The position numbers and the translations under genes are program-made. The notes beneath the pieces are model-generated. The model did no database searches. It was not told the origin of the DNA and saw nothing but the letters and a program-made list of their open reading frames with translations. DNA of 64,000 bases, taken from the IMG/VR virus record IMGVR_UViG_3300044816_000066, positions 2,155 through 66,154 of that record; one strand, 5' to 3'. This document shows, piece by piece, positions 56,101-63,516 of the stretch (position 1 is the stretch's first letter; each line of letters opens with the position of its first letter). Source of the DNA: a virus. Lineage: Duplodnaviria > Caudoviricetes.

Positions 56101-58491
56101 TCCGCAACGCGGATTGAGGCGTATGGCCTAACCGCTGGTTCGATCCTGCTGACCGGCGGCGGATACCATATGTGGAACGTCAATGGCACGTTAGCCGCGA
56201 ACAGTTCGCTTGCTACCCTGCTCCCGCAATCCACATTCCAGGGGATGTACAACGCCGATAGCAGCACGCTGACTACAACGTTTTTTGGGCCAGCAATAAC
56301 CACGCCAAAACTCCAGATTCCTCTAGACAGTTCTACGGTGTCAGCGGCGACCTTCGGGAGTGGAGCGAATGCCAATGTCTACCTGGACTTTGCAACTAGA
56401 TGGACGCCCGGTTGGACATCGGGCTTTATCGTCGAGATGGGAGCCAAGAACAACTATTGCTTCGGTACGAATGGCTCATCGGCTGGCTTCGGAAACACCA
56501 CGGCGGATTGTTCTTTCTGGATCGGCAACGCAGGTCTCGGACTGAGTGCGCTCGGGGCCGGCAGTTCCACCATTTTGAACAATGCGGTTTGGCTAACGGC
56601 CACGCCCGGAAGCAATCACGGGATCGTTCCCGGAAACATGTTTGAGAATCAGGACACATCAGTTACTTCCAGGACCATCGGAGCAAACTGCTCCGCTAAC
56701 TGTGTAATCGTAAACGGCACTGGTGCGGTTTCCTTGGTTACCGGATCGGCTCTTATTACCGTTACGGCGGGAACGACCGGCTTCGTTAATCTCTACATCG
56801 ATGAGGCTGGAGTGTATCAGGTGACAACGCCCACGGGTGTAACCGTTACGTGCGTCGGAACCGGGGCCACTTGCACCATCACGGCGCTTGGGACTGCTCA
56901 GCCAGGATGGATTCCCCTATACCAGTACGGGGTGAACGCATCTACCCAATTCAGCCAAGATGTGGATGTGCGGACGCCAATGAAATCGAACGGGGCGAAC
57001 CGCGCGACCAAGCCAAACACGGTAACATTCGCCACTTGTAATAATTGCGCTCCGGCCGTAACGGCATCTTCGAACACAAACACCATCGTCAACATCACGC
57101 TGACCGGCAACATGCTGGTAGGTACGGGCGGCGGCACACTCACCGGGCTTGTGGCCGGGCAGTATGCAACCTTCTCCTATTGCGCTGGCGCTGGCGGCCC
57201 CTTCACGGCTTACCTGCCCACCAATGTTCTCGGCGTGGCATCCCCCTTCTCCGTTGCGGCCAACACGTGCGTGAACTGGATTTCTCTGTCTGACGGAACG
57301 AACGCCAACCTGGTCAGCACAGTTCAGTCGACAGGCAGCGGAGTGCTCCCTGGAATATCGATACCGGCTTCTGGTGGCGGAACAGGCTCCACGTTCCATC
57401 AATCGGCCAACACTTCATCGGCCCTTACCGTCACTGATCCGGCATTCAGCGGGACGCTGGTAGGGCTCGCGGGTGTCAACACCTTCACGGCGGCCGGTAC
57501 GGCGGACTTCAGCGCTTCGACCGTGGCCGATGCCTTCAAGGTTCCGGTCAAGGCCGCATTCACGGCCGGGGCCAATGGCTCCATCGGCTTCGATTCAACG
57601 AACCTGAACTATCACGGTTATAACGGGGCGGACGGGATCGTGCCGCTCACAACGGGCACGCCGGCGAATAACGATTGCGTCAAGTATGTTGTTGCCTCCG
57701 GGAAGGTAACTCAGACCACAGCGGGCGCGGCTTGCGGTAGTGGCTCTGGTGGAGGGGTTCCCTTCGCGGCAGACACAACGAACAACGGAACGCAATATAC
57801 CAACGCCCCAAGCGGGTTTGTCCTGACAACCGGTGCTGTGGTTGGGATGACAACCACAGCGGCGAACTCCACGGGCGCCCCTACTCTGAATGTGAACGGC
57901 ACCGGAGTCAAGAACATCATTATCTGTAACGGGAACGGGAGCCAATCTTTGCAGAACGGCGACCTGGACACCCTTGCCAACGGTCAAGTTCATTACTTTG
58001 CATACAACGGAACGGCATGGAATCTCCAGAATCCAAAGATTACGAACTGCACGACTCTGATGACGGGCATCAACAATGGATTCTCTACCAACGGTAGGCT
58101 CACTGGATTCAACGGAAACAGCACCGGTGGTCTTGGGTTGTACGCTATCCACGGCGATTCGAACTTCATCAGCAATCACGGGACGGCCGCAATTACTACC
58201 ACGACCCTCGCGGCATGGCAGGGCAATACCGGTGAGTTCTGGAATGTCCAGTGTTACGCGAACGTCCACACCACTGGCACCGGCACGCTCACGGTGACTA
58301 TCGGTTGGACAGACGGAAATGCAACGGCAAAAACAGATGCCACGATGACACTGGCGATGACGGGAGCCGCTGGCTCACTCGCCAGACTAAACATACCTAT
58401 CATCGTCGGCGCGGGAAATATCACCTACGCGGGTAGCGCTACCACGACCGGCACGTACGATCTTCGCTGTCTGGCGGCGAGGGGCGCGTAA
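53122..58491 (+). CDS. Giant secreted fibre/adhesin-like protein (1789 aa)
   Basis: Signal peptide; two NTG.xTLNVN...DL...(F/Y)xGT.W tail-fibre modules; beta-helix-like middle; many paired Cys. Confidence 0.8.
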   Translation: MKTRTAMRRFALLVILACSLGELYGQQTVDNSGAAVVIPFPMVSDFPGRCRAGQHVIYTPTVPPNVYECAADGVSWVLASGSAASLPSNINVISTNGAGTPGSSNAHNLSAPSTCVVSSSSATVYACTTSPTFVPADGDAIYFKANLANTGAATLNVNASSAVAMTTQGGTFTPLVANDLKVNQQSLFVFDGTHWQMQGQTGNAAAGGGVSAVSGTGPISSTGGATPAIACATCIISSTTYSNPAWITSIASSILSGALPAGNEPAHTGDMTNTAGSLATTVSRINGTALSGLATGIVKNTTGTGVPSIAIASDFPTLNQNTTGTAANITGVAAVVNGGSGVTAAQGNGTKVQLSTGTTTSNNCVKFDANGNTVDAGAACGTGGSTSPGGVATDVQINGGTFAADTGNFQEDNVSHTLTIPNVTSSGTMQSAISSAQRSNAVYQMAAYPAGVSWTSFPGAGTVYNPPTLSTGCQAVGNSTDGVTYIFVGPSPFTSLSTQSSDLVHWWPIPGSDGTTNKTPANADCAHYLALADLNARGLKVGMMHVVGVNLTNYGLCMPTDSTLPTLMYFGEASSNNNPSSSEIRATGTIPNYPRVCDAIITYPETTASPRTAAGVWNLSLIGNNNANNINSFAAHGLSNYNSHSITFQGVYVTGVYNNSFQLGPQNGFQGDNWGAGNYNAGGYEVTLRDVSLKANGRTPGSWAHVAAITPSGGSINGTYSTFTGLNSYINQPFFNKIISAVMAGTATVTGTRDQYCIVNTFNGGGTGQTGRVYLTGVNTITTGQPISLDFGAGSDGYTGAVTTANLVNGTATCSVTGQAVTANVYSSVTVNGTGATGAVACSTTPPVITGASSGSAGAYSMTSITLSGSSGCVGSAYIVANDIAPIEYGLYIASTTDGRTFNVTTSSLGTDAAIGDFAGAWVHHGPHPIQGNTCIRDSGIGDQWYGPQFDSCPGFGARIYANESRWYGGLAEMNDAQTSLAVGGYTQWFLGPSATRIEAYGLTAGSILLTGGGYHMWNVNGTLAANSSLATLLPQSTFQGMYNADSSTLTTTFFGPAITTPKLQIPLDSSTVSAATFGSGANANVYLDFATRWTPGWTSGFIVEMGAKNNYCFGTNGSSAGFGNTTADCSFWIGNAGLGLSALGAGSSTILNNAVWLTATPGSNHGIVPGNMFENQDTSVTSRTIGANCSANCVIVNGTGAVSLVTGSALITVTAGTTGFVNLYIDEAGVYQVTTPTGVTVTCVGTGATCTITALGTAQPGWIPLYQYGVNASTQFSQDVDVRTPMKSNGANRATKPNTVTFATCNNCAPAVTASSNTNTIVNITLTGNMLVGTGGGTLTGLVAGQYATFSYCAGAGGPFTAYLPTNVLGVASPFSVAANTCVNWISLSDGTNANLVSTVQSTGSGVLPGISIPASGGGTGSTFHQSANTSSALTVTDPAFSGTLVGLAGVNTFTAAGTADFSASTVADAFKVPVKAAFTAGANGSIGFDSTNLNYHGYNGADGIVPLTTGTPANNDCVKYVVASGKVTQTTAGAACGSGSGGGVPFAADTTNNGTQYTNAPSGFVLTTGAVVGMTTTAANSTGAPTLNVNGTGVKNIIICNGNGSQSLQNGDLDTLANGQVHYFAYNGTAWNLQNPKITNCTTLMTGINNGFSTNGRLTGFNGNSTGGLGLYAIHGDSNFISNHGTAAITTTTLAAWQGNTGEFWNVQCYANVHTTGTGTLTVTIGWTDGNATAKTDATMTLAMTGAAGSLARLNIPIIVGAGNITYAGSATTTGTYDLRCLAARGA

Positions 58492-61400
58492 TGCGAGCGC
58501 TTTTTCTCTGCTTGGTTCTGTGCGGGGCTCTCTCCGCACAGCAGACTTACACACTCACCGAAGCGACTACGGTTCAAGCAACGCCGCTACGGCCCGGCAT
58601 CAACTTCGCGCAAACTTCCGTTTCTGGAGTGGGTCAGCCGTGGAAGGATCTGTTTTATCCGGCCAATGGTCAGATGGAGGGGTATGTCACCTCGCAACTA
58701 TGGGCGTGCGGGGCGGGAACAACCACTTCCTGCTCGATGTACAACATCCATCAGGGCGATCTCTATGACTCTCAAATCCCGCTGAACTTCTTCGCCGGAG
58801 GGACCTTCACAGTCTTGGTGGCAAATACCAACGGTGGAGGTGCGGGAGCGGCGCGCGGTTGTACTGGTTCAATCACTGGGAATTATCAAGGCGCGCAATC
58901 GGTTCACAACACCCTGACGGCCACATACAACAATGGAACGGGAGTCGCCACCTACACCAATTCGAGCGCGCTCCCGGCATCGTGGGCTAATGGTGACTAC
59001 GTTGCGATTGATGGCGGTCAAGGCGGCGGCTTCTCCCAGAACGGATACGGCAATAACAACAACCCAGTAATCGGGGCTTTGCTCAATGTCACCGGGACAA
59101 CCTTTCAACTCCAGCTTGCCACCGGTCTAGGGCTTACTTCCGATAGCAATGGCAACGGCGGGAGACTGATTAAATTCTCGTTTGGTACAACATGCGGAGC
59201 GGCCATCCAAAACGGAGACGTGATCGGCATTACGACGTCTGGCGCTCCAGCGGCCTGCTCTTCTTCGTGCGTCAATCATTTCAATTCAGGAGACTATCAG
59301 GGTAGTTCGGGAGGTGTCGGTAGCCTTGAGAGTACCGACCTTCCTCCGGGAAGCACCGGGCATTACGCGCTTAAGATAGACAACTCGGCCAACTCCAGTT
59401 CACAATCCAACGTTGAGGTATCGGTGGATACAGGCGGCGGCGGAGACTCTCCCGGTGTGCTCATGAACGGCGGCACGTGGCGCGTGCAATTTCAGATCAA
59501 GACAACCTCCTGCACGGGAACCTGCACAGTGAACGCGAGCATCGCCAGATATGGTGGGACTGGATTCACAACCAATTTCGCGGGCAACCCGTACACTATT
59601 ACGCCGAATGGGACGGCAGGCGCAGGATGGCAGACGATCACGCAAGACTTTACGCCGGCTGAAACGGCAGCATCGGCCGCGGGCGGGAAGATCAGATTTT
59701 TACTTTCGACATCGGCAACGCAGGGCGTTTACCTTCTCAAGAATGTAAAGGTATTCCAGCTCACCGGAACAAACGGGGCAAACACCACCGTCTACCGAGA
59801 TGCGATCGTAACGGCGCTGACGAATTTCAAGCCCGGAACGCTTCGCCTATGGGATGGAAACACCGGCGAGACGCTTGATAATTGGATCTCGAATCCAGAC
59901 GGCCATGCGATCGCACGGTTCAATGAATATCCAGGATCTGCTGACGGTAAAATTCAATCCCTTCCGGAGTTTCTTGAGTTGTGCGTATTTCATGGGGCGG
60001 ACCCGTTCATCTCCGTACCGACTTGGTTCGATAACACATCCGCCAGCAACCTCATCGATTACCTTGCCGGGAGTGGCGCAACCACATACGGAGCGAAACG
60101 GAACGCATGGCTGGCGGCAAATGGCTACGCGCAAACCACCTTTACCTCGCTGTTCAATAAGATCCACCTCGAGCTTGGGGATGAATCCTGGAACAGTGCT
60201 GGCGGTTTCACCGGACAGAACCTTATCTATCAGATTCAGATGGGTCAACTAGACAAATACACCTTTGGAGCGATGAAGGCAAATTCCAATTACACCTCGG
60301 GCAAGTTCGACATGGTGCTGAACTGTCGGCAGGGCGACAACAGCACCTTCGGGCCGTGCTACGCCAATCACCAAGCAGACACGACCGGCCATGACTCGAT
60401 TACCCAGTCTGGCTATACGTATCTTGTCGACGGAATGACCACGACGAACTCAACGACGGAGTGGACCGCCAAGGTCGCTACTACGTGGGGATATATCAAC
60501 GATGCAACCAACGGCAATGGCGCGGTGATGACCGCCCTGATCGCTGGAAGCGGACGGGTTGTCCCGATCAACATCTATGAGGAGCAGGACAGCCAGCAGG
60601 GCTTCGGCGGCACCACCACCGTCAACAATGCTCAAATGTCCAATGATGTTTCGGCGCAGGGTTCGGGATTGGCGCAAGTAATCGGCTACATGGAAATCAT
60701 GAAAGCATGGAATGCCCCCCAAAACATCTGGAATTTTATGCAGTATGTGGACCAAGCCTGTTGCAGTCTAGGGAACATTCCCATATGGGGAATCGGTATC
60801 GGCTATGGGGGCGGGAACAATCAACAACGTCCCGTTCAAGTCATGCAGGGCGCGGCTAACCAGTGCATCATCGGCACCGAGTACGGCGGGGCATGGACCT
60901 CACGCAACACCTTCAACAGCGCGGCGCTAAATGGCTATAACGCCCTGAATGGCGTTCCGTACGCGCACATGTGGGCATTCAAGAGCGGAACGAGTCGCTG
61001 TATCGTCGCGGTCAACGCTGATCCTACGAATGCCCAAGTGGTGACGTGGGGCGGAAACGTCCCGTCCGGCTCGATGACGCAAACGCTTATCAGCGCGGCC
61101 GAGAATGCGACGAACGAAGTTGCTGGCACGATTAGTATCGCCCCGGCGGTCTCCACAGTGACGGCAGCCAGCACGTACAGCATCCCGGCCCACTCCATGG
61201 TCACCTTGGCCTTCACCTCGGGTGCCCCAACGCCCTCCATCGCCTCGGTGACGCCAAACACCGGCGCGCAAGGCACAACTATCAGTAGCGTGGCCATCGT
61301 CGGCACATCTACCAACTTCGTTAACGGAACATCCGTGGGGAGCTTCTCGGGTACCGGGATCACGGTGAACACCACCACGGTATCGGACGCCACCCACGCC

Positions 61401-61580
61401 ACGCTGAATATCACCATCGCAGGCGGGGCAACCCTTGGCGCGCGAGACGTCACGGTAACGACTGGCGCTGAGGTGGCAACTATGACATCGGGTTTTACTG
61501 TAAGCGCCGCCGCCGTTCCAAGTCATCAGTCTACAATGTACGGCAACGCGCACCCGTCCGGTAACATCTCGGTTCACTAA
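58491..61580 (+). CDS. Secreted clan GH-A glycoside hydrolase-like protein (GH51/GH79/GH44-like) with CBM-like and IPT/TIG domains
   Basis: Signal peptide; KPGTLR, LPEFLELC...ADP, IHLELGDESWN, INIYEE, PAHS; PSIASVTP..GAQG IPT domain. Confidence 0.75.
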   Translation: MRALFLCLVLCGALSAQQTYTLTEATTVQATPLRPGINFAQTSVSGVGQPWKDLFYPANGQMEGYVTSQLWACGAGTTTSCSMYNIHQGDLYDSQIPLNFFAGGTFTVLVANTNGGGAGAARGCTGSITGNYQGAQSVHNTLTATYNNGTGVATYTNSSALPASWANGDYVAIDGGQGGGFSQNGYGNNNNPVIGALLNVTGTTFQLQLATGLGLTSDSNGNGGRLIKFSFGTTCGAAIQNGDVIGITTSGAPAACSSSCVNHFNSGDYQGSSGGVGSLESTDLPPGSTGHYALKIDNSANSSSQSNVEVSVDTGGGGDSPGVLMNGGTWRVQFQIKTTSCTGTCTVNASIARYGGTGFTTNFAGNPYTITPNGTAGAGWQTITQDFTPAETAASAAGGKIRFLLSTSATQGVYLLKNVKVFQLTGTNGANTTVYRDAIVTALTNFKPGTLRLWDGNTGETLDNWISNPDGHAIARFNEYPGSADGKIQSLPEFLELCVFHGADPFISVPTWFDNTSASNLIDYLAGSGATTYGAKRNAWLAANGYAQTTFTSLFNKIHLELGDESWNSAGGFTGQNLIYQIQMGQLDKYTFGAMKANSNYTSGKFDMVLNCRQGDNSTFGPCYANHQADTTGHDSITQSGYTYLVDGMTTTNSTTEWTAKVATTWGYINDATNGNGAVMTALIAGSGRVVPINIYEEQDSQQGFGGTTTVNNAQMSNDVSAQGSGLAQVIGYMEIMKAWNAPQNIWNFMQYVDQACCSLGNIPIWGIGIGYGGGNNQQRPVQVMQGAANQCIIGTEYGGAWTSRNTFNSAALNGYNALNGVPYAHMWAFKSGTSRCIVAVNADPTNAQVVTWGGNVPSGSMTQTLISAAENATNEVAGTISIAPAVSTVTAASTYSIPAHSMVTLAFTSGAPTPSIASVTPNTGAQGTTISSVAIVGTSTNFVNGTSVGSFSGTGITVNTTTVSDATHATLNITIAGGATLGARDVTVTTGAEVATMTSGFTVSAAAVPSHQSTMYGNAHPSGNISVH

Positions 61581-61596
61581 GTAAAGTTTTCCGCCT

Positions 61597-61631
61597 GATC
61601 CTTTCGTTGGCCAATCCCTAGCGAAAGGATT
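61597..61631. terminator. Hairpin between convergent units
   Basis: ATCCTTTCGTTGG / CTAGCGAAAGGAT stem. Confidence 0.6.
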
Positions 61632-61641
61632 TCCCTCCTTA

Positions 61642-61719
61642 CTACTTAGTCCAAATCAACGTGGCGATCACGGCGAGTATCCCGGCGATCACAAGCAGTA
61701 GGATGCGGATCGGTTTCAT
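61642..61719 (-). CDS. 25-aa single-TM peptide (not in ORF track)
   Basis: MKPIRILLLVIAGILAVIATLIWTK; ATGA-coupled; double stop. Confidence 0.55.
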   Translation of the reverse strand: MKPIRILLLVIAGILAVIATLIWTK

Positions 61720-62069
61720 GCAGACATCGTTTCTTCAACTTCGGGAGCCCCACAGCTACCGCAGAAATGATGTCTTAGTGGGATCGACGCTCCGCATTCA
61801 CCGCAGAACTTACCCTTGGAAACTACTTCTTCAATGGTCTGCTCTCGCAAGTCGGCCTGACACTTCGGACACCTGACTGCGCTGTCACTAATTCGGCTCC
61901 TGCAGAATCGGCAAGTCGTATTCCTGTCTCCCGATAGGAACGCCATCGCAAGGCCCAGCGGTCCCAATAAAACACCAAGGCACAACCATAGGAATCCATT
62001 TCCGCCACGCGATATGGCCACGGCCATTGCTGCGAAGCCGAACACTAGCCAAATCAGCAGGATTTCCAT
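61716..62069 (-). CDS. Membrane protein with double zinc ribbon (superinfection-immunity-like position)
   Basis: Two TMs (RGGNG.LW..LG.LLGPLG) then CxxC x4; GAGGG RBS. Confidence 0.75.
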   Translation of the reverse strand: MEILLIWLVFGFAAMAVAISRGGNGFLWLCLGVLLGPLGLAMAFLSGDRNTTCRFCRSRISDSAVRCPKCQADLREQTIEEVVSKGKFCGECGASIPLRHHFCGSCGAPEVEETMSA

Positions 62070-62076
62070 TTAACCC

Positions 62077-62280
62077 TCACCCTTCGCCACGTTCCACCCA
62101 CAACTCCTGAAGTTCATGCTCCTGTTCGCTCCACAGGTTTTGAATCTCCTGCCTCAGTTCCTCCAGTGCGGCCCGCCCTTCCCTTTCCAGCTTTCGACAC
62201 CTTACTAACCTCTTTGATAAAGCGCTCAACCGCTCCAGCCTTGTCTGAGGCCGCGACGGAACCAACGCCAGCAGCCTCAT
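62077..62280 (-). CDS. Possible coiled-coil protein overlapping the repressor 3' end
   Basis: Amphipathic heptads; fills the gap to 62069. Confidence 0.4.
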   Translation of the reverse strand: MRLLALVPSRPQTRLERLSALSKRLVRCRKLEREGRAALEELRQEIQNLWSEQEHELQELWVERGEG

Positions 62281-62668
62281 TGCCCATTGCCACCAATCGC
62301 TTGAACTGCTTCAGGTTTTGCGTGATCGCGGCAATCACTTCCGCATCGCCAGACCGCAGCACATCCACTAACAGACTGATCTGATCCCATTCTGATTCGC
62401 TTAACGGCGGATTCGTTGATTCGGAATAGGGCGCCGAGGGGGTTGCGGTACTGGGTTTCTCAATTCGTGGCCGGATCGGAAGTGCTTGGGTACCGATCTT
62501 TCGGCTAAACTCCCATGCCTCTACGACCAATTCCCTTCTGGATGGTTCCTTTCCCGTTGCGCGCGCACGTCGCGATGCTTCAGCCTCTAATTCAAGAGCC
62601 ATTGAGATGCCAACGTTAACCGTTGGGTTAACTTTTTTGACATTTTTATCTGACTCATTTTCAGACAT
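62114..62668 (-). CDS. Putative immunity repressor with RHH-like N-terminus
   Basis: Strand-helix-helix PTVNV....ELEAEA...PSRRELVVEAW; first gene of the leftward unit. Confidence 0.6.
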   Translation of the reverse strand: MSENESDKNVKKVNPTVNVGISMALELEAEASRRARATGKEPSRRELVVEAWEFSRKIGTQALPIRPRIEKPSTATPSAPYSESTNPPLSESEWDQISLLVDVLRSGDAEVIAAITQNLKQFKRLVAMGNEAAGVGSVAASDKAGAVERFIKEVSKVSKAGKGRAGRTGGTEAGDSKPVERTGA

Positions 62669-62689
62669 TTGAATGGGCTTCCCCGTAAT

Positions 62690-62736
62690 CTTTGCACTTG
62701 GTGACCTTGACACCTTTGCACTTGGTAACCTATCAT
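62690..62736 (+). promoter_or_regulatory. Early promoter with tandem 18-bp operators
   Basis: TTGACA(62707)-18-TATCAT(62731); CTTTGCACTTGGTRACCT at 62690 and 62714. Confidence 0.8.
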
Positions 62737-62769
62737 CCATTCAGATTCACCAAACAACCAAACAAGATC

Positions 62770-62943
62770 ATGGCACAAATAAACCAAACCGAAGATAAGC
62801 CAGACCTGATGAGGGCGTTCACGGTACGCGTTCCCGACGAACTTTGGGAGCAAGCCTCGATCCTGGCAGTGAAGCAACGCAAAAGTCTCAATGACGTGGT
62901 CACCGACGCAATAGAAAAGCATTGCGAAGCGCACGACGTTTAA
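62770..62943 (+). CDS. Arc-like ribbon-helix-helix regulator
   Basis: AFTVRVPDELWEQASILAVKQRKSLNDVVTDAI. Confidence 0.85.
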   Translation: MAQINQTEDKPDLMRAFTVRVPDELWEQASILAVKQRKSLNDVVTDAIEKHCEAHDV

Positions 62944-62964
62944 AAAACCATACCGGGAAACCTC

Positions 62965-63264
62965 ATGCCAAGCCAGCAGCCAAAACCGCAAGCCATTGAA
63001 GTAAAGGCAAATCGATTGGGGCGCATGATTCGCCCGAAGAAGGAGAGACTCCAGTCGCTATCCGCGGATGAGCAGCGCGTGATCGCGAGCGCGGTAATTC
63101 ATCTGTTCGATATGAGGATGAGCCTCGCCCGCATCTCCGAGCGGCTAGGAATTTCGCTGGCGGATGCGAATGACATTTTGCATCGCGACACCAGACGCAA
63201 GGAGCCGCAACCGGAGAAGTACACGGGAGCCAAGATTCTGGAAATGAAAGCGAGGACAGCGTAA
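62965..63264 (+). CDS. HTH-like protein
   Basis: MSLARISERLGIS...NDILHR. Confidence 0.6.
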   Translation: MPSQQPKPQAIEVKANRLGRMIRPKKERLQSLSADEQRVIASAVIHLFDMRMSLARISERLGISLADANDILHRDTRRKEPQPEKYTGAKILEMKARTA

Positions 63265-63516
63265 ATGCCACTGAAAAGCAACCTCCTGAAGGCCACGGAT
63301 GAACGCGAGTACGGACAGGGACAAAGCATAGGGTCTACCCAACGACTCCGTAGGCGGGAACGCGGAACGCTGCACACGTCCGGCACCAAGGGCCATCACC
63401 CTGGCGATGAATTCGAGATGGGCGATACCACCTACAAGGTGGGCCGTAATGGTGAGTTCATCCGATTGGCTCCCCTGCTTCCCGTTGGCTCGATTCCTGA
63501 AAAGGTGGACGCGTAA
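63265..63516 (+). CDS. Hypothetical protein
   Basis: GAGGA RBS; abuts its neighbours. Confidence 0.6.
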   Translation: MPLKSNLLKATDEREYGQGQSIGSTQRLRRRERGTLHTSGTKGHHPGDEFEMGDTTYKVGRNGEFIRLAPLLPVGSIPEKVDA

